Source: Candidatus Epilinea brevis
GTDB taxonomy: Bacteria; Chloroflexota; Anaerolineae; Epilineales; Epilineaceae
Assembly: GCA_016710785.1 (NCBI GenBank)
Contig: JADJUE010000006.1
Coordinates: 9,841 to 73,840 of the forward strand
Direction: 5' to 3'
DNA length: 64,000 nucleotides
Below are positions 1 to 7,855 of the stretch, piece by piece. A program made the translations under genes and the position numbers. The notes under the pieces are model-generated. The model searched no databases. It saw nothing but the letters and a program-made list of their open reading frames with translations, and was not told the origin of the DNA. Within the stretch, counting starts at the first letter, position 1, and every line of letters begins with the position of its first letter.

Positions 1-1
1 G

Positions 2-694
2 GCCAGCATCGCCCACGGCGACGGCGACCTGCCCGCCGCGGCCGGGCTGCTCGCCGAGAGCCTGACCCTGCACGAGACCTGGTCTGAGCCGCACGGCCTC
101 TGCGACTGCATGATCCAACTGGCGGCCCTGATCGCCCACCCTTTGGCGGCCCCGGTGCATTGGCGCCGCGCCCTGCCGGCGCCCGCCGGCCCGCCCGCGC
201 AGGCGACCGGGCCGGACCTCGCCAGGCTGGCCCTGGCCACCCGCTTCGCCGCCGCCGCCGAAGCCGTCTTCGTCGCGCGCCTGCCCATCGAGCGCAGCGC
301 GCGCGACGAGATCGGCGCCCGGCTGGGCGCGGCCATGGGCCCGGCCGCCTTCGCCACGGCCTGGGCCGAGGGCCAGCGCTGGGGCGTAGCGGCGGCCATC
401 GCCGCAGCGCGCGCCGAACTGGCCGCGATGGCCAGGCCGCTCGCGGCCACGGTAGCGCCGGAAGCCGGCGCCGCGCCCCAACGTCCGGGCGGCCTCACGC
501 CCAAGGAGCTGGAGGTGGCGGTGCTGCTCGCCCGCGGCCTGACCTACAAGCAGGTCGCTGAGCGGCTCGTCGTGTCGGTGAAGACCGTCGAGACCCATGC
601 CAGCCGTGTGCTGGCCAAGCTCGGCCTGGCCAACCGCACGCAGCTGTCGGTCTGGGCCGGCGAGCAGGGGATGCTGGGTGGGGACGGGGACTGA
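2..694 (+). CDS. LuxR-family (LAL-like) transcriptional regulator, C-terminal part; 5' end lies outside the window
   Basis: Reading frame is open from window position 2. C-terminal ~60 aa 'LTPKELEVAVLLARGLTYKQVAERLVVSVKTVETHASRVLAKLGLANRTQL' is a LuxR/FixJ-type HTH signature. Confidence 0.75.
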   Translation, partial: ASIAHGDGDLPAAAGLLAESLTLHETWSEPHGLCDCMIQLAALIAHPLAAPVHWRRALPAPAGPPAQATGPDLARLALATRFAAAAEAVFVARLPIERSARDEIGARLGAAMGPAAFATAWAEGQRWGVAAAIAAARAELAAMARPLAATVAPEAGAAPQRPGGLTPKELEVAVLLARGLTYKQVAERLVVSVKTVETHASRVLAKLGLANRTQLSVWAGEQGMLGGDGD

Positions 695-731
695 GGGGGG
701 TGCGGGCTAAGTCGAGATCCGTGGTGGTGCA

Positions 732-975
732 GCGCCCTCCCGAAGGGAGGCGCCGGTAGCTCCTCCCCCCAGCGGGGGGAGGTTGGGAGGGGCCGCCACC
801 TGAACAAAGCTCGCCAGGCACACGCGCTCGGGAGACGCAATACAGCGGTTCGAGGCCTTCGGCGACCGAGGGGTTGGGCCGTTGATGGGTCGGTCCGCGA
901 CGGCCACGGCGGCCCCCCTCCCAACCTCCCCCCGCTGGGGGGAGGAGCTACCGGCGCCTCCCTTCGGGAGGGCGG
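732..975. repeat. Near-perfect inverted repeat element: 65-66 bp arms (732-797 and 908-975) around a ~110 bp centre; MITE-like or large cruciform element
   Basis: Arm 2 is the reverse complement of arm 1 apart from a 2-nt C-run length difference. Each arm also holds internal mini-palindromes (CTCCCGAAGGGAG, CCCCCCAGCGGGGGG). Confidence 0.8.
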
Positions 976-1187
976 GAGCGGGCATTTGCGGGGATTCGCG
1001 GCCGTTTCGACGGCTCCATGGCCTTGGCAACCAGGAACCTGCATTCCTGGGGCGGTCACGGCGATGCGCTGTCGCACGCTGAACCATGGCTAGGGCGAAA
1101 GATCAGGGTCGGGATCAGGGATATCCCTGACGACACGCGGGGCCGGCCGCGGTAGGCTCAGCGGCATCCCTTCCGACCTTTGAATCC

Positions 1188-4100
1188 ATGGAGCCTGCAA
1201 TGATCCGCCTTCGACCCGTCCTGGCGATCCTCGTCGCCCTCATCCTCCCCCTCTTGGGCCTGGCCGACGCCCGGCCCCGCGTCGCCCAGGCCGCGGACGC
1301 CTGCGTGGTGCCGCGCCTGGAGGTCATCCGCGGCAAGGACGTCATCCTCGACCAGTGCTACGACCGCGAGTTCGAGAACGACGGCACGGACTACGTCGTC
1401 CACACCTACTACACCGAGGACGCAGACAATGCCGACAACCTGGCCCAGTGTACGGACGAGGAGAACGCCGTCGACCGCTGCGAGCATGCCCTGACCCCCG
1501 ACGGCCTGGGCGGCGCCCATGCCGTCGCTGTCAAGGTGGCCACGAAGTTCCAGGCGGCGGCCGAGTTCTACCTGGACCGCGACCTGCCGCTGCTCTCCGA
1601 TGACGGTACGGAGTTCGAGCTGTTCATCGCCGAGGATCCCAAGAACGGCTGGAAGACAGCCAAGGGCTACTGGACCGACGACGACGGCGTGGAGTCCTGG
1701 ACGGATGAGTACATCCAGCAGAACGCCGTCCACGAATTGCAGCACCTGATGCAGGAGTTCTACAACGACGGCGTGGGCTTCCGGCAATGGTGGAGCGAGG
1801 GCTTCGCCCGCACGGTGGAGGACCGCACCCATGCCGAACTGGACGCCACAACGAGCGGCGCGGTCTTCGCCGACGCCAAGCGGCTGCTGCAGAACAGCTA
1901 CGCCGACAGCGACGGCGACGGCGATCAGGACGCGGACGAGCCCTCCTACCGCGAAGACGACATGATCAACATCAGCTACCGCAACGTGCTGTGGTGGACC
2001 TGGTTCATGGACCGCTACCGCACGGCCGGCGAGAGCGACCCGACCCTTGGCTGGGACGCGCTCGTCGACCTCTACGACCGCCTGGCCGCCCTGCCGGTGG
2101 TCGAGGGCGACGACGGCATGACCAATGCCCTGGACATCGTCACGGAGCTGGACAACAGCATCCGCGACCGGGGCAGCGACTTCTACACCGACTACCGCGA
2201 CTACACCGCGGCGCTCTACGCCTTCCAGGCCGATCCGCTGGACGAGCGCCTGGGCTTCCTGGATCCGGAGATCACCAGCGCGGCGGTGCCCCTCAGCGGC
2301 CATAACCTGGTCACCAGCGCCCAGCCCTACGGCAGCGCCGGCTTCTGGGGCCTGAACCCGCGCTCCAGCCAGCATTTCGAGTACAACCCGGCGGGCATGT
2401 GCCCCTACGTCGGCTTCGGCGTGGAGCCGGTGGGCGACGACGTGAGCCCCTGGGGCACCACGGTCATGAGCATCGCCGGCGGCCAGCTGCGGCACCATTG
2501 GACGACCACCGGCAACGAGCCTTGGAGCCGCACGCTCTACACCGGCGGCCTGGAAAGCATCGGTGGCGTGGTCACCGGCCTGTGGGACGCCAGCTTCGTG
2601 AACATCAGCCACGGCTGTGTCGACCCCAGCCTGACCATCACCAGCCCCACGGCCGACGATCCGGCCAAGGTCGGCGCGGCCGATGACCCGTCACCGTTCA
2701 TCGTCCGGACCCTGGTCACCGGCGCCGAGGGCGAACCGGTGAGCGGGCTGTCCTCCGACTTGTACGAGGTGACGCTGAAGCCCACGGGCGAGGCCGGGCC
2801 GCTGCTGCCGGCCACGGTCATCTCGGGCGTCGACACGCAGGGTGCCTACTGGCTGCTGGTGCAGGCGCCGGACGACATCGCCGGTGCGGTGACGGACGGT
2901 GTCTACGACGTCACGGTCACCCTGCCCGGCGGCGAGACGGCCAGCCAGGTCGCGGCGCTGCATTACGTGGCGCATAAGCTGGACCGCATCGTGGTGCTGG
3001 ACCGCTCGGGGAGCATGGGCGGCGGCACGGGCAAGATCGAGGCGGCGCGGAGCGCCGGGCGGCTGCTGGTGGACGAGCTGGCCGGCTCGGACCAGGGCGG
3101 CTACGTGGCCTTCCACCATGACGCGGCCCTGCGCGTGGCCCTGGCGCCGATGAACGCCGGCCAGCGAACGGCGCTGGAGAACAGCATCCAGGCCGAGGCG
3201 GCGGGCGGCAACACCTCCATCGGCGACGGGCTGCTCACGGCCGCCACGGAAGAGGATGCGCATGGCAGCGAGAAGAACGGCTGCGCCTTCGCCCTGCTGA
3301 CCGACGGCTACGAGAACGACCCGGCCTACTGGGACGACGTGAAGGCCGGCGTGCTGGACAACGGCTGCGCCATCGACGCGGTGGCCTTCGGGCCGGAGGC
3401 GAACGAGGATCTGCTCTACGAGATCGCGGCCGCGCAGCCCTCGACCAAGGGCTCCTTCGCCTACGCGCCGCGCAGCGGCAACGTGCCGGTGCTCACGGCC
3501 GCCGGCGACAAGCAGCTGGCCTGGGGCAACAACCTGGCGCGGCTCTTCGACGCCAGCGCCGCCCGCGGCGCGGCGCGGCAGCGCATCGCCAGCTTCGTGG
3601 GCTCGGGCGCGACCACCGAGCAGCAGAGCTTCGTCGTGGACGCGTCGGCGACCGAGCTGGTCATCGCCATCGCCTGGCCGCAGCCGCTGGTCAGCCCCTT
3701 CATCCAGCCCATGACGCCGGCCAACGTGGCCGTGCCGGTGGCCTTCCGCTTCAAGTCGCCGCAGGGCACGCACCAGATCTGGCGCATCCCCAACCCGCAG
3801 CCGGGCACCTGGAAGCTCTTGAACTTCATCCCCAACCAGCAGTCCTACGTCGGCGTGAGCGCGGTGACCAAGGTATCGATGCACCTCTTCGTGGACAGCC
3901 CCCAGTCCAGTCCGCTGCAGGGCCTGCGGGTGCCCCTGAAGGTGGCCATGGTGCAGAACGGCCAGCCGGGCCTGGGCGCCACGGTGACGGCGCGGGTGAC
4001 GGCGCCGGATGGCGTGCAGAAGACGCTGCTGCTGCACGATGACGGCGACCATCGGGACGGCGATCCGGGCGACGGGGTCTACGGCAACGTGTACAGCCGC

Positions 4101-5216
4101 ACGCCGGTGGGCGAGGTGGTGGTGGACGACCCGCATGGCGCCAAGGAAGGCAAGGCGCCGGCCTCGGTGGGCTCCTACCGCGTGGAGGCGGTGGGGCTGC
4201 TGGCAGGACAGCGCCGCGAGGATGAGGGCGCCTTCGTGGTCCGCCAGGACGTGGACAAGGATGGCGACGGTCTGCCGGACGGCTGGGAGACGGACAACGG
4301 CCTGGACCCGCTCGACCCGACGGACGGCCGCGACGACTCGGATGGCGACGGCCTCATCAACCGCTGCGAGCTGGCCCAGGGCACGCACCCGAACAACCCG
4401 GACACGGACGCCGGCGGCGAGAGCGACGGCAGCGAGACGCCCGGCTGTAACGCCTCGGGCATGGACCCGCTGGACGGCGCGGACGACCGGGTGGGCCGCT
4501 CGCCGGCCATCCTGGTCTCGCCGCAGGCCGACAGCCGCGGCCCGCGGCTGGTGGTGGGCCTGGCCCGCCCCTCGCGCGGCAGCTTCCGCTCGATGAACGT
4601 CTACCGCCAGGTCACCTCGGAAGACGGGCGGACGGTGGGGGACTGGCAGCTGGTGGGCCGGAAGCTGGCCACGCGGGTCTACATAGACCGCGACGTGCAA
4701 GACGGGCGGCGCTACGCCTACCGCATCGAGCCGACGGTGGTCGGGACGGAAGTCCGGGCGGTCGGCGGGACGGACCCGCGCGCCGGCACCCGCGCCAAGC
4801 TCAAGACGGTGGTAGCGGTGGCGGCCATCGCGCAGTCCACCCCGGTGGAGGCGAAGGCGGACCCCTACGCCCCGGAAGGCTCGCTGCTGATCGACGACGA
4901 CAACGGCCAGACGACCAGCCGCACGGTGCGCCTGCGCATCAGCGCCCTGGACGACGGCGACGCGCACGGCGCCGACGAGCCCTCGACGGACCTGCCGGGC
5001 ACGCCGACGGCGGCGCTGCAGATGCGCCTCTCCAACAGCGCCGACTTCAGCGGCGCCGCCTGGCGGCCCCTCGCCTCACAGGTGCCGGACTGGGACCTGG
5101 GCGAGCTTAGGCCGGGGCAGGAAGCGACGGTGTTCGTGCAGTTCCGCGACGCCGCCGGCAACGTCGGCGAGGGGAACGGGCAGGACGATTCGACGGTGTA
5201 CGTGGGCGGGCGGTAG
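1188..5216 (+). CDS. Very large secreted multidomain protein (1342 aa): signal peptide, HExxH-containing N-terminal domain, vWA domain (DRSGSMGG MIDAS motif), thrombospondin type-3-like Ca-binding Asp-rich repeats, Ig-like/beta-sandwich C-terminal regions
   Basis: N-terminus 'MIRLRPVLAILVALILPLLGLADA' is signal-like. 'NAVHELQHLMQEF' matches HExxH. 'IVVLDRSGSMGGGTGKIEAAR' is a vWA MIDAS motif. 'DKDGDGLPDGWETDNGLDPLDPTDGRDDSDGDGLINRCE' is TSP3-like. Single uninterrupted ORF. Confidence 0.85.
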   Translation: MEPAMIRLRPVLAILVALILPLLGLADARPRVAQAADACVVPRLEVIRGKDVILDQCYDREFENDGTDYVVHTYYTEDADNADNLAQCTDEENAVDRCEHALTPDGLGGAHAVAVKVATKFQAAAEFYLDRDLPLLSDDGTEFELFIAEDPKNGWKTAKGYWTDDDGVESWTDEYIQQNAVHELQHLMQEFYNDGVGFRQWWSEGFARTVEDRTHAELDATTSGAVFADAKRLLQNSYADSDGDGDQDADEPSYREDDMINISYRNVLWWTWFMDRYRTAGESDPTLGWDALVDLYDRLAALPVVEGDDGMTNALDIVTELDNSIRDRGSDFYTDYRDYTAALYAFQADPLDERLGFLDPEITSAAVPLSGHNLVTSAQPYGSAGFWGLNPRSSQHFEYNPAGMCPYVGFGVEPVGDDVSPWGTTVMSIAGGQLRHHWTTTGNEPWSRTLYTGGLESIGGVVTGLWDASFVNISHGCVDPSLTITSPTADDPAKVGAADDPSPFIVRTLVTGAEGEPVSGLSSDLYEVTLKPTGEAGPLLPATVISGVDTQGAYWLLVQAPDDIAGAVTDGVYDVTVTLPGGETASQVAALHYVAHKLDRIVVLDRSGSMGGGTGKIEAARSAGRLLVDELAGSDQGGYVAFHHDAALRVALAPMNAGQRTALENSIQAEAAGGNTSIGDGLLTAATEEDAHGSEKNGCAFALLTDGYENDPAYWDDVKAGVLDNGCAIDAVAFGPEANEDLLYEIAAAQPSTKGSFAYAPRSGNVPVLTAAGDKQLAWGNNLARLFDASAARGAARQRIASFVGSGATTEQQSFVVDASATELVIAIAWPQPLVSPFIQPMTPANVAVPVAFRFKSPQGTHQIWRIPNPQPGTWKLLNFIPNQQSYVGVSAVTKVSMHLFVDSPQSSPLQGLRVPLKVAMVQNGQPGLGATVTARVTAPDGVQKTLLLHDDGDHRDGDPGDGVYGNVYSRTPVGEVVVDDPHGAKEGKAPASVGSYRVEAVGLLAGQRREDEGAFVVRQDVDKDGDGLPDGWETDNGLDPLDPTDGRDDSDGDGLINRCELAQGTHPNNPDTDAGGESDGSETPGCNASGMDPLDGADDRVGRSPAILVSPQADSRGPRLVVGLARPSRGSFRSMNVYRQVTSEDGRTVGDWQLVGRKLATRVYIDRDVQDGRRYAYRIEPTVVGTEVRAVGGTDPRAGTRAKLKTVVAVAAIAQSTPVEAKADPYAPEGSLLIDDDNGQTTSRTVRLRISALDDGDAHGADEPSTDLPGTPTAALQMRLSNSADFSGAAWRPLASQVPDWDLGELRPGQEATVFVQFRDAAGNVGEGNGQDDSTVYVGGR

Positions 5217-5293
5217 GGCGGCGGAGACGGGCGGCGCCGGCACGCGCGGAGTCGGCATGCGCTAGCGCTGACGTCGGCGACGAAGGCTGAGGA

Positions 5294-5336
5294 CCCCCAC
5301 CCCGGTTCCCGCGAAGGCGGGGGGCCGGGGTGGGGG
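5294..5336 (+). terminator. Candidate intrinsic terminator / stable hairpin downstream of the 1188-5216 gene: perfect 12-bp stem CCCCCACCCCGG/CCGGGGTGGGGG with an internal mini-hairpin in the loop, no U-tract
   Basis: Perfect inverted repeat read directly from the sequence, 78 nt after the stop codon. A missing T-tract is common in high-GC genomes but lowers confidence. Confidence 0.4.
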
Positions 5337-5346
5337 CCTCGGGCCG

Positions 5347-5493
5347 GACTTGGACGACACGGCGCTCGCGGCCATCGCCAGCCAGCCGGCCTACTTCTAC
5401 CGAGCCCTGGACGCCGAGGCCCTGGCCGGAATTTACCGCGTCATCGCGGTGGCGATTCCCTGTCCAGTCGATTCCTTCTGGGGTCTCCGATAG
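5347..5493 (+). pseudogene. Orphan 3' gene fragment encoding a vWA-protein C-terminus (49 codons ending in a stop); relic paralogous to the 3' end of the 7856-11407 gene
   Basis: Translation 'DLDDTALAAIASQPAYFYRALDAEALAGIYRVIAVAIPCPVDSFWGLR*' aligns with the last residues of the 7856-11407 product 'ADLDEAALREMASGPSLYFQAPTAQELAGIYREIAVDIPCPAGAFWGGR*'. No upstream start or vWA body is present. Confidence 0.55.
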
Positions 5494-5562
5494 CGCAGCG
5501 GCACGGTCAGCCTGGGATAGCGCAGGCCGTCTGAGGATGGGCCACCGCCTGTCTGCTCGCGA

Positions 5563-5617
5563 TTGACCGAAGGTTGCAGTCCTTGTAGACTAGTCATCTG
5601 ACTAGTCATTAGGAGGA
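5563..5617 (+). promoter_or_regulatory. Putative sigma70-type promoter (TTGACC-N17-TAGACT) overlapping two direct repeats GACTAGTCAT (5588-5597, 5600-5609), followed by AGGAGG RBS; likely autoregulatory operator of the toxin-antitoxin operon
   Basis: Hexamers and the direct repeats (each containing the palindrome ACTAGT) were read from the sequence immediately upstream of the antitoxin ATG at 5623. Confidence 0.45.
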
Positions 5618-5622
5618 TTGCC

Positions 5623-5880
5623 ATGCATGCTTGGCCGGTACATGATGCCAAGGCCCGTTTCAGCGAGTTCCTGGAGGCTTGCCTGACAGAAGGGCCGCAG
5701 ATGGTGACCAGGCGCGGCGCAGAGGCGGCGGTTTTGGTTCCGGTGCAGCAGTGGCGGCTCCTCCAGGCCGCGGCGCGGCCCTCGCTGAAGGAACTGCTGC
5801 TCGCCGATGGCGCTCGCGGTGACCTGCTCGTGCCCCAACGAGGCCAGGCCCGCCGCCGTGCCGTGGCCGCGTTCCGGTAA
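5623..5880 (+). CDS. Type II antitoxin, Phd/YefM-like (85 aa)
   Basis: N-terminal 'HDAKARFSEFLEACLTEGPQMVTRRGAEAAVLVPVQQW' resembles Phd/YefM antitoxins. Strong RBS. Immediately precedes and abuts the PIN-domain gene. Confidence 0.7.
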   Translation: MHAWPVHDAKARFSEFLEACLTEGPQMVTRRGAEAAVLVPVQQWRLLQAAARPSLKELLLADGARGDLLVPQRGQARRRAVAAFR

Positions 5881-5884
5881 CGCC

Positions 5885-6292
5885 GTGTTCCTGCTCGACA
5901 CGAACGTGGTTTCGGAGTTGCGCAAGCCCATGCCCCATGGTGCGGTTCTTGAATGGCTGCGGTCGGTGGATGACGCGAGCCTCTTCGTTTCCGTGGTGAC
6001 CTTGGCCGAGATCCAGGCGGGGATCGAAGTCACCAGGGAGCAGGACGCCACGAAGGCGGCCGAACTTGAGGCGTGGCTCGAGTTGGTGGCGGCAGCGTAC
6101 AACGTGCTGCCGATGGATGCCCTGACGTTCAGGACCTGGGCCCGGTTGATGCACCGGAAGTCCGACACGCTCTACGAGGACGCGATGATCGCGGCCACGG
6201 CGCGTGTCCACCACCTGACGGTGGTCACGCGGAACACCTCCGACTTCGCGACCTTCGATGTGGACCTGCTGAACCCCTTCGAGCAGCCATAG
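5885..6292 (+). CDS. vapC: VapC-family PIN-domain toxin (start GTG 5885 inferred; the supplied ORF extends to 5807, overlapping the antitoxin)
   Basis: 'VFLLDTNVVSELRK...' is the PIN N-terminal acidic motif. 'TLAEIQAGI' and 'VVTRNTSDF' fit conserved VapC blocks. Placed 4 nt after the antitoxin stop. Confidence 0.8.
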   Translation: MFLLDTNVVSELRKPMPHGAVLEWLRSVDDASLFVSVVTLAEIQAGIEVTREQDATKAAELEAWLELVAAAYNVLPMDALTFRTWARLMHRKSDTLYEDAMIAATARVHHLTVVTRNTSDFATFDVDLLNPFEQP

Positions 6293-6300
6293 AGGCGAGT

Positions 6301-7524
6301 ATGCGTCGGACCATTGGGGCAGCGTTGATCGGTATGGCTGGCGTCGGCCTGTTCGCGGCCGGGGCCGCGCGCCCGGTGGTGGGTGCGGGACCGGTGGGGC
6401 CGGCGGGGCTGGCGGGGCCACGGAGTCCAGCCCGAGCCGCCGCCGCCTCGCCCTGCCCGGCGGGGGCCCTACTGTGCGAGGACTTCGAGGACACCGACTT
6501 CGCCGCGCGGGGCTGGTACGACGGGCCGCGCGGCGTCGTCACGGCCGCCGAGCATGCCCCGGGCAGCGGCCATGCCTTCGAATGCACCTATGCTCGGGGG
6601 GCCACGGGCTGCGAGGGCGGCACGCCGGCCCGCCATGCTTTCGACCTGACCGAGTCGCTCTACGTGGAGTACTGGGTCAAGTACGCCCCGGGCTTCGTCG
6701 GCAGCGGGAAGCCCTACCACCCCCACGAGTACGTGTTCATGACCAACAAGGACGGGCCCTACATCGGCCCGGCGGGCACCCACCTGACCACCTACGTCGA
6801 GCAGCTGGCTGGCCGCCCCCGCCTGGCCCTGCAGGACCTGCTCAACGTCGACACCCGCTGCATCCTGCGCAACGACGGCAGCTTCGTCGGCTGCGACGGC
6901 GACTTCAACAGCTTTCGCTTCACCGAGCGCCGCTCCGTGGCTGCCTGCAACGGCATCCAAGGCGACCTCGACCAGCACGACTGCTTCCCCACCGGCAATG
7001 GCCAATGGTATTCCTCTCGGGTCTGGGACGCCCCGGCGGGGACGACGCTCTACGGCGGCGACTGGCACCGGGTGGCCGCGCGTTTCAAGCTCAACAGCAT
7101 CGCCGGCGGCAAGGGCCTGGTGGACGGGACCCTGCGCTACTGGCTGGACGGGCGCCTGGTCATCAGCTACGACCACATCCTCTACCGCACCGCGGCCAAC
7201 GCCGACCAGCAGTTCAACCAGCTGCTGATCGCGCCCTACATCGGCGACGGCTCGCCCCTGCGCCAGACGATGTGGATCGACGACCTGCGCATCCTGCGCG
7301 ATGGCGACGGCGGGGGCGATCCCGGGCCGACGCCGACCGCGCCGGCAACATCGACAGCGGTTTCGACAGTGGCCCCGGCGTCGACCTCAACCGCGACCCG
7401 CATCCCGACCACGGCTTCGACGATCCTCCCAACCGCCAGCTCGACGCCGACGATGGTCTCGCGGCCGACCGCCACGCCCGTCCCGGATTGGACCCTGACC
7501 CTGCCCTTCCTCCTGGGGCGATAG
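6301..7524 (+). CDS. Secreted protein with N-terminal signal peptide, a globular domain possibly of concanavalin-A-like lectin/glycoside-lyase fold, and C-terminal Thr/Pro/Ser-rich tail ending LTLPFLLGR
   Basis: ATG at 6301 lies 9 nt after the vapC stop, preceded by a GA-rich RBS. Signal-like 'MRRTIGAALIGMAGVGLFAAGAA'. Functional assignment is by loose recall only. Confidence 0.65.
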   Translation: MRRTIGAALIGMAGVGLFAAGAARPVVGAGPVGPAGLAGPRSPARAAAASPCPAGALLCEDFEDTDFAARGWYDGPRGVVTAAEHAPGSGHAFECTYARGATGCEGGTPARHAFDLTESLYVEYWVKYAPGFVGSGKPYHPHEYVFMTNKDGPYIGPAGTHLTTYVEQLAGRPRLALQDLLNVDTRCILRNDGSFVGCDGDFNSFRFTERRSVAACNGIQGDLDQHDCFPTGNGQWYSSRVWDAPAGTTLYGGDWHRVAARFKLNSIAGGKGLVDGTLRYWLDGRLVISYDHILYRTAANADQQFNQLLIAPYIGDGSPLRQTMWIDDLRILRDGDGGGDPGPTPTAPATSTAVSTVAPASTSTATRIPTTASTILPTASSTPTMVSRPTATPVPDWTLTLPFLLGR

Positions 7525-7531
7525 GCTCATA

Positions 7532-7655
7532 GGTAGACACATCTCCGGTCTCGCGTGATGATGTCGTCGAGCGGCTTGGCCGCAATATGGAGAGGCTGAC
7601 TTTGGACTCAACATGCTCGGCCTCAGCCAGTCACGAAAACGACCGTTTTCGTAAC
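7532..7655 (+). repeat. Copy 1 of a conserved ~125-nt non-coding element found 3' of secreted/vWA protein genes; ends in a hairpin CGAAAACG-ACC-CGTTTTCG
   Basis: About 75-80% identical with indels to 11437-11560; both start 8-30 nt after a stop codon with CTCA(T/G)AGGTA(G/T)ACACATCTCCGG. A degenerate inverted third copy is at 21000-21097. Confidence 0.75.
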
Positions 7656-7855
7656 GGGTCGACGTATTCGACGCCCTGGCCTGCGACCCCTGGCCGTACG
7701 TGATGGGCGCGGGCGGCACTATCCTGCAGCACGAGCGCTTTCAGGAGGGGCCTTCGATTCTGTGGCCAGTGGAACCGGATTGGAGCGGAGCGCAACTTAT
7801 CTGATATCCTCATTGATCTGGACGGCGAGTGCGTTCTGGGCGAGGCGATGATGCG

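Noticed and set aside
1158-4967. Long antisense ORFs 1158-2612(-) and 2691-4967(-) overlapping the 1188-5216 gene
   Set aside because: Arg/Gly/Ala/Pro/His-rich low-complexity translations typical of GC-rich antisense frames. No motifs. The sense strand has clear domains.
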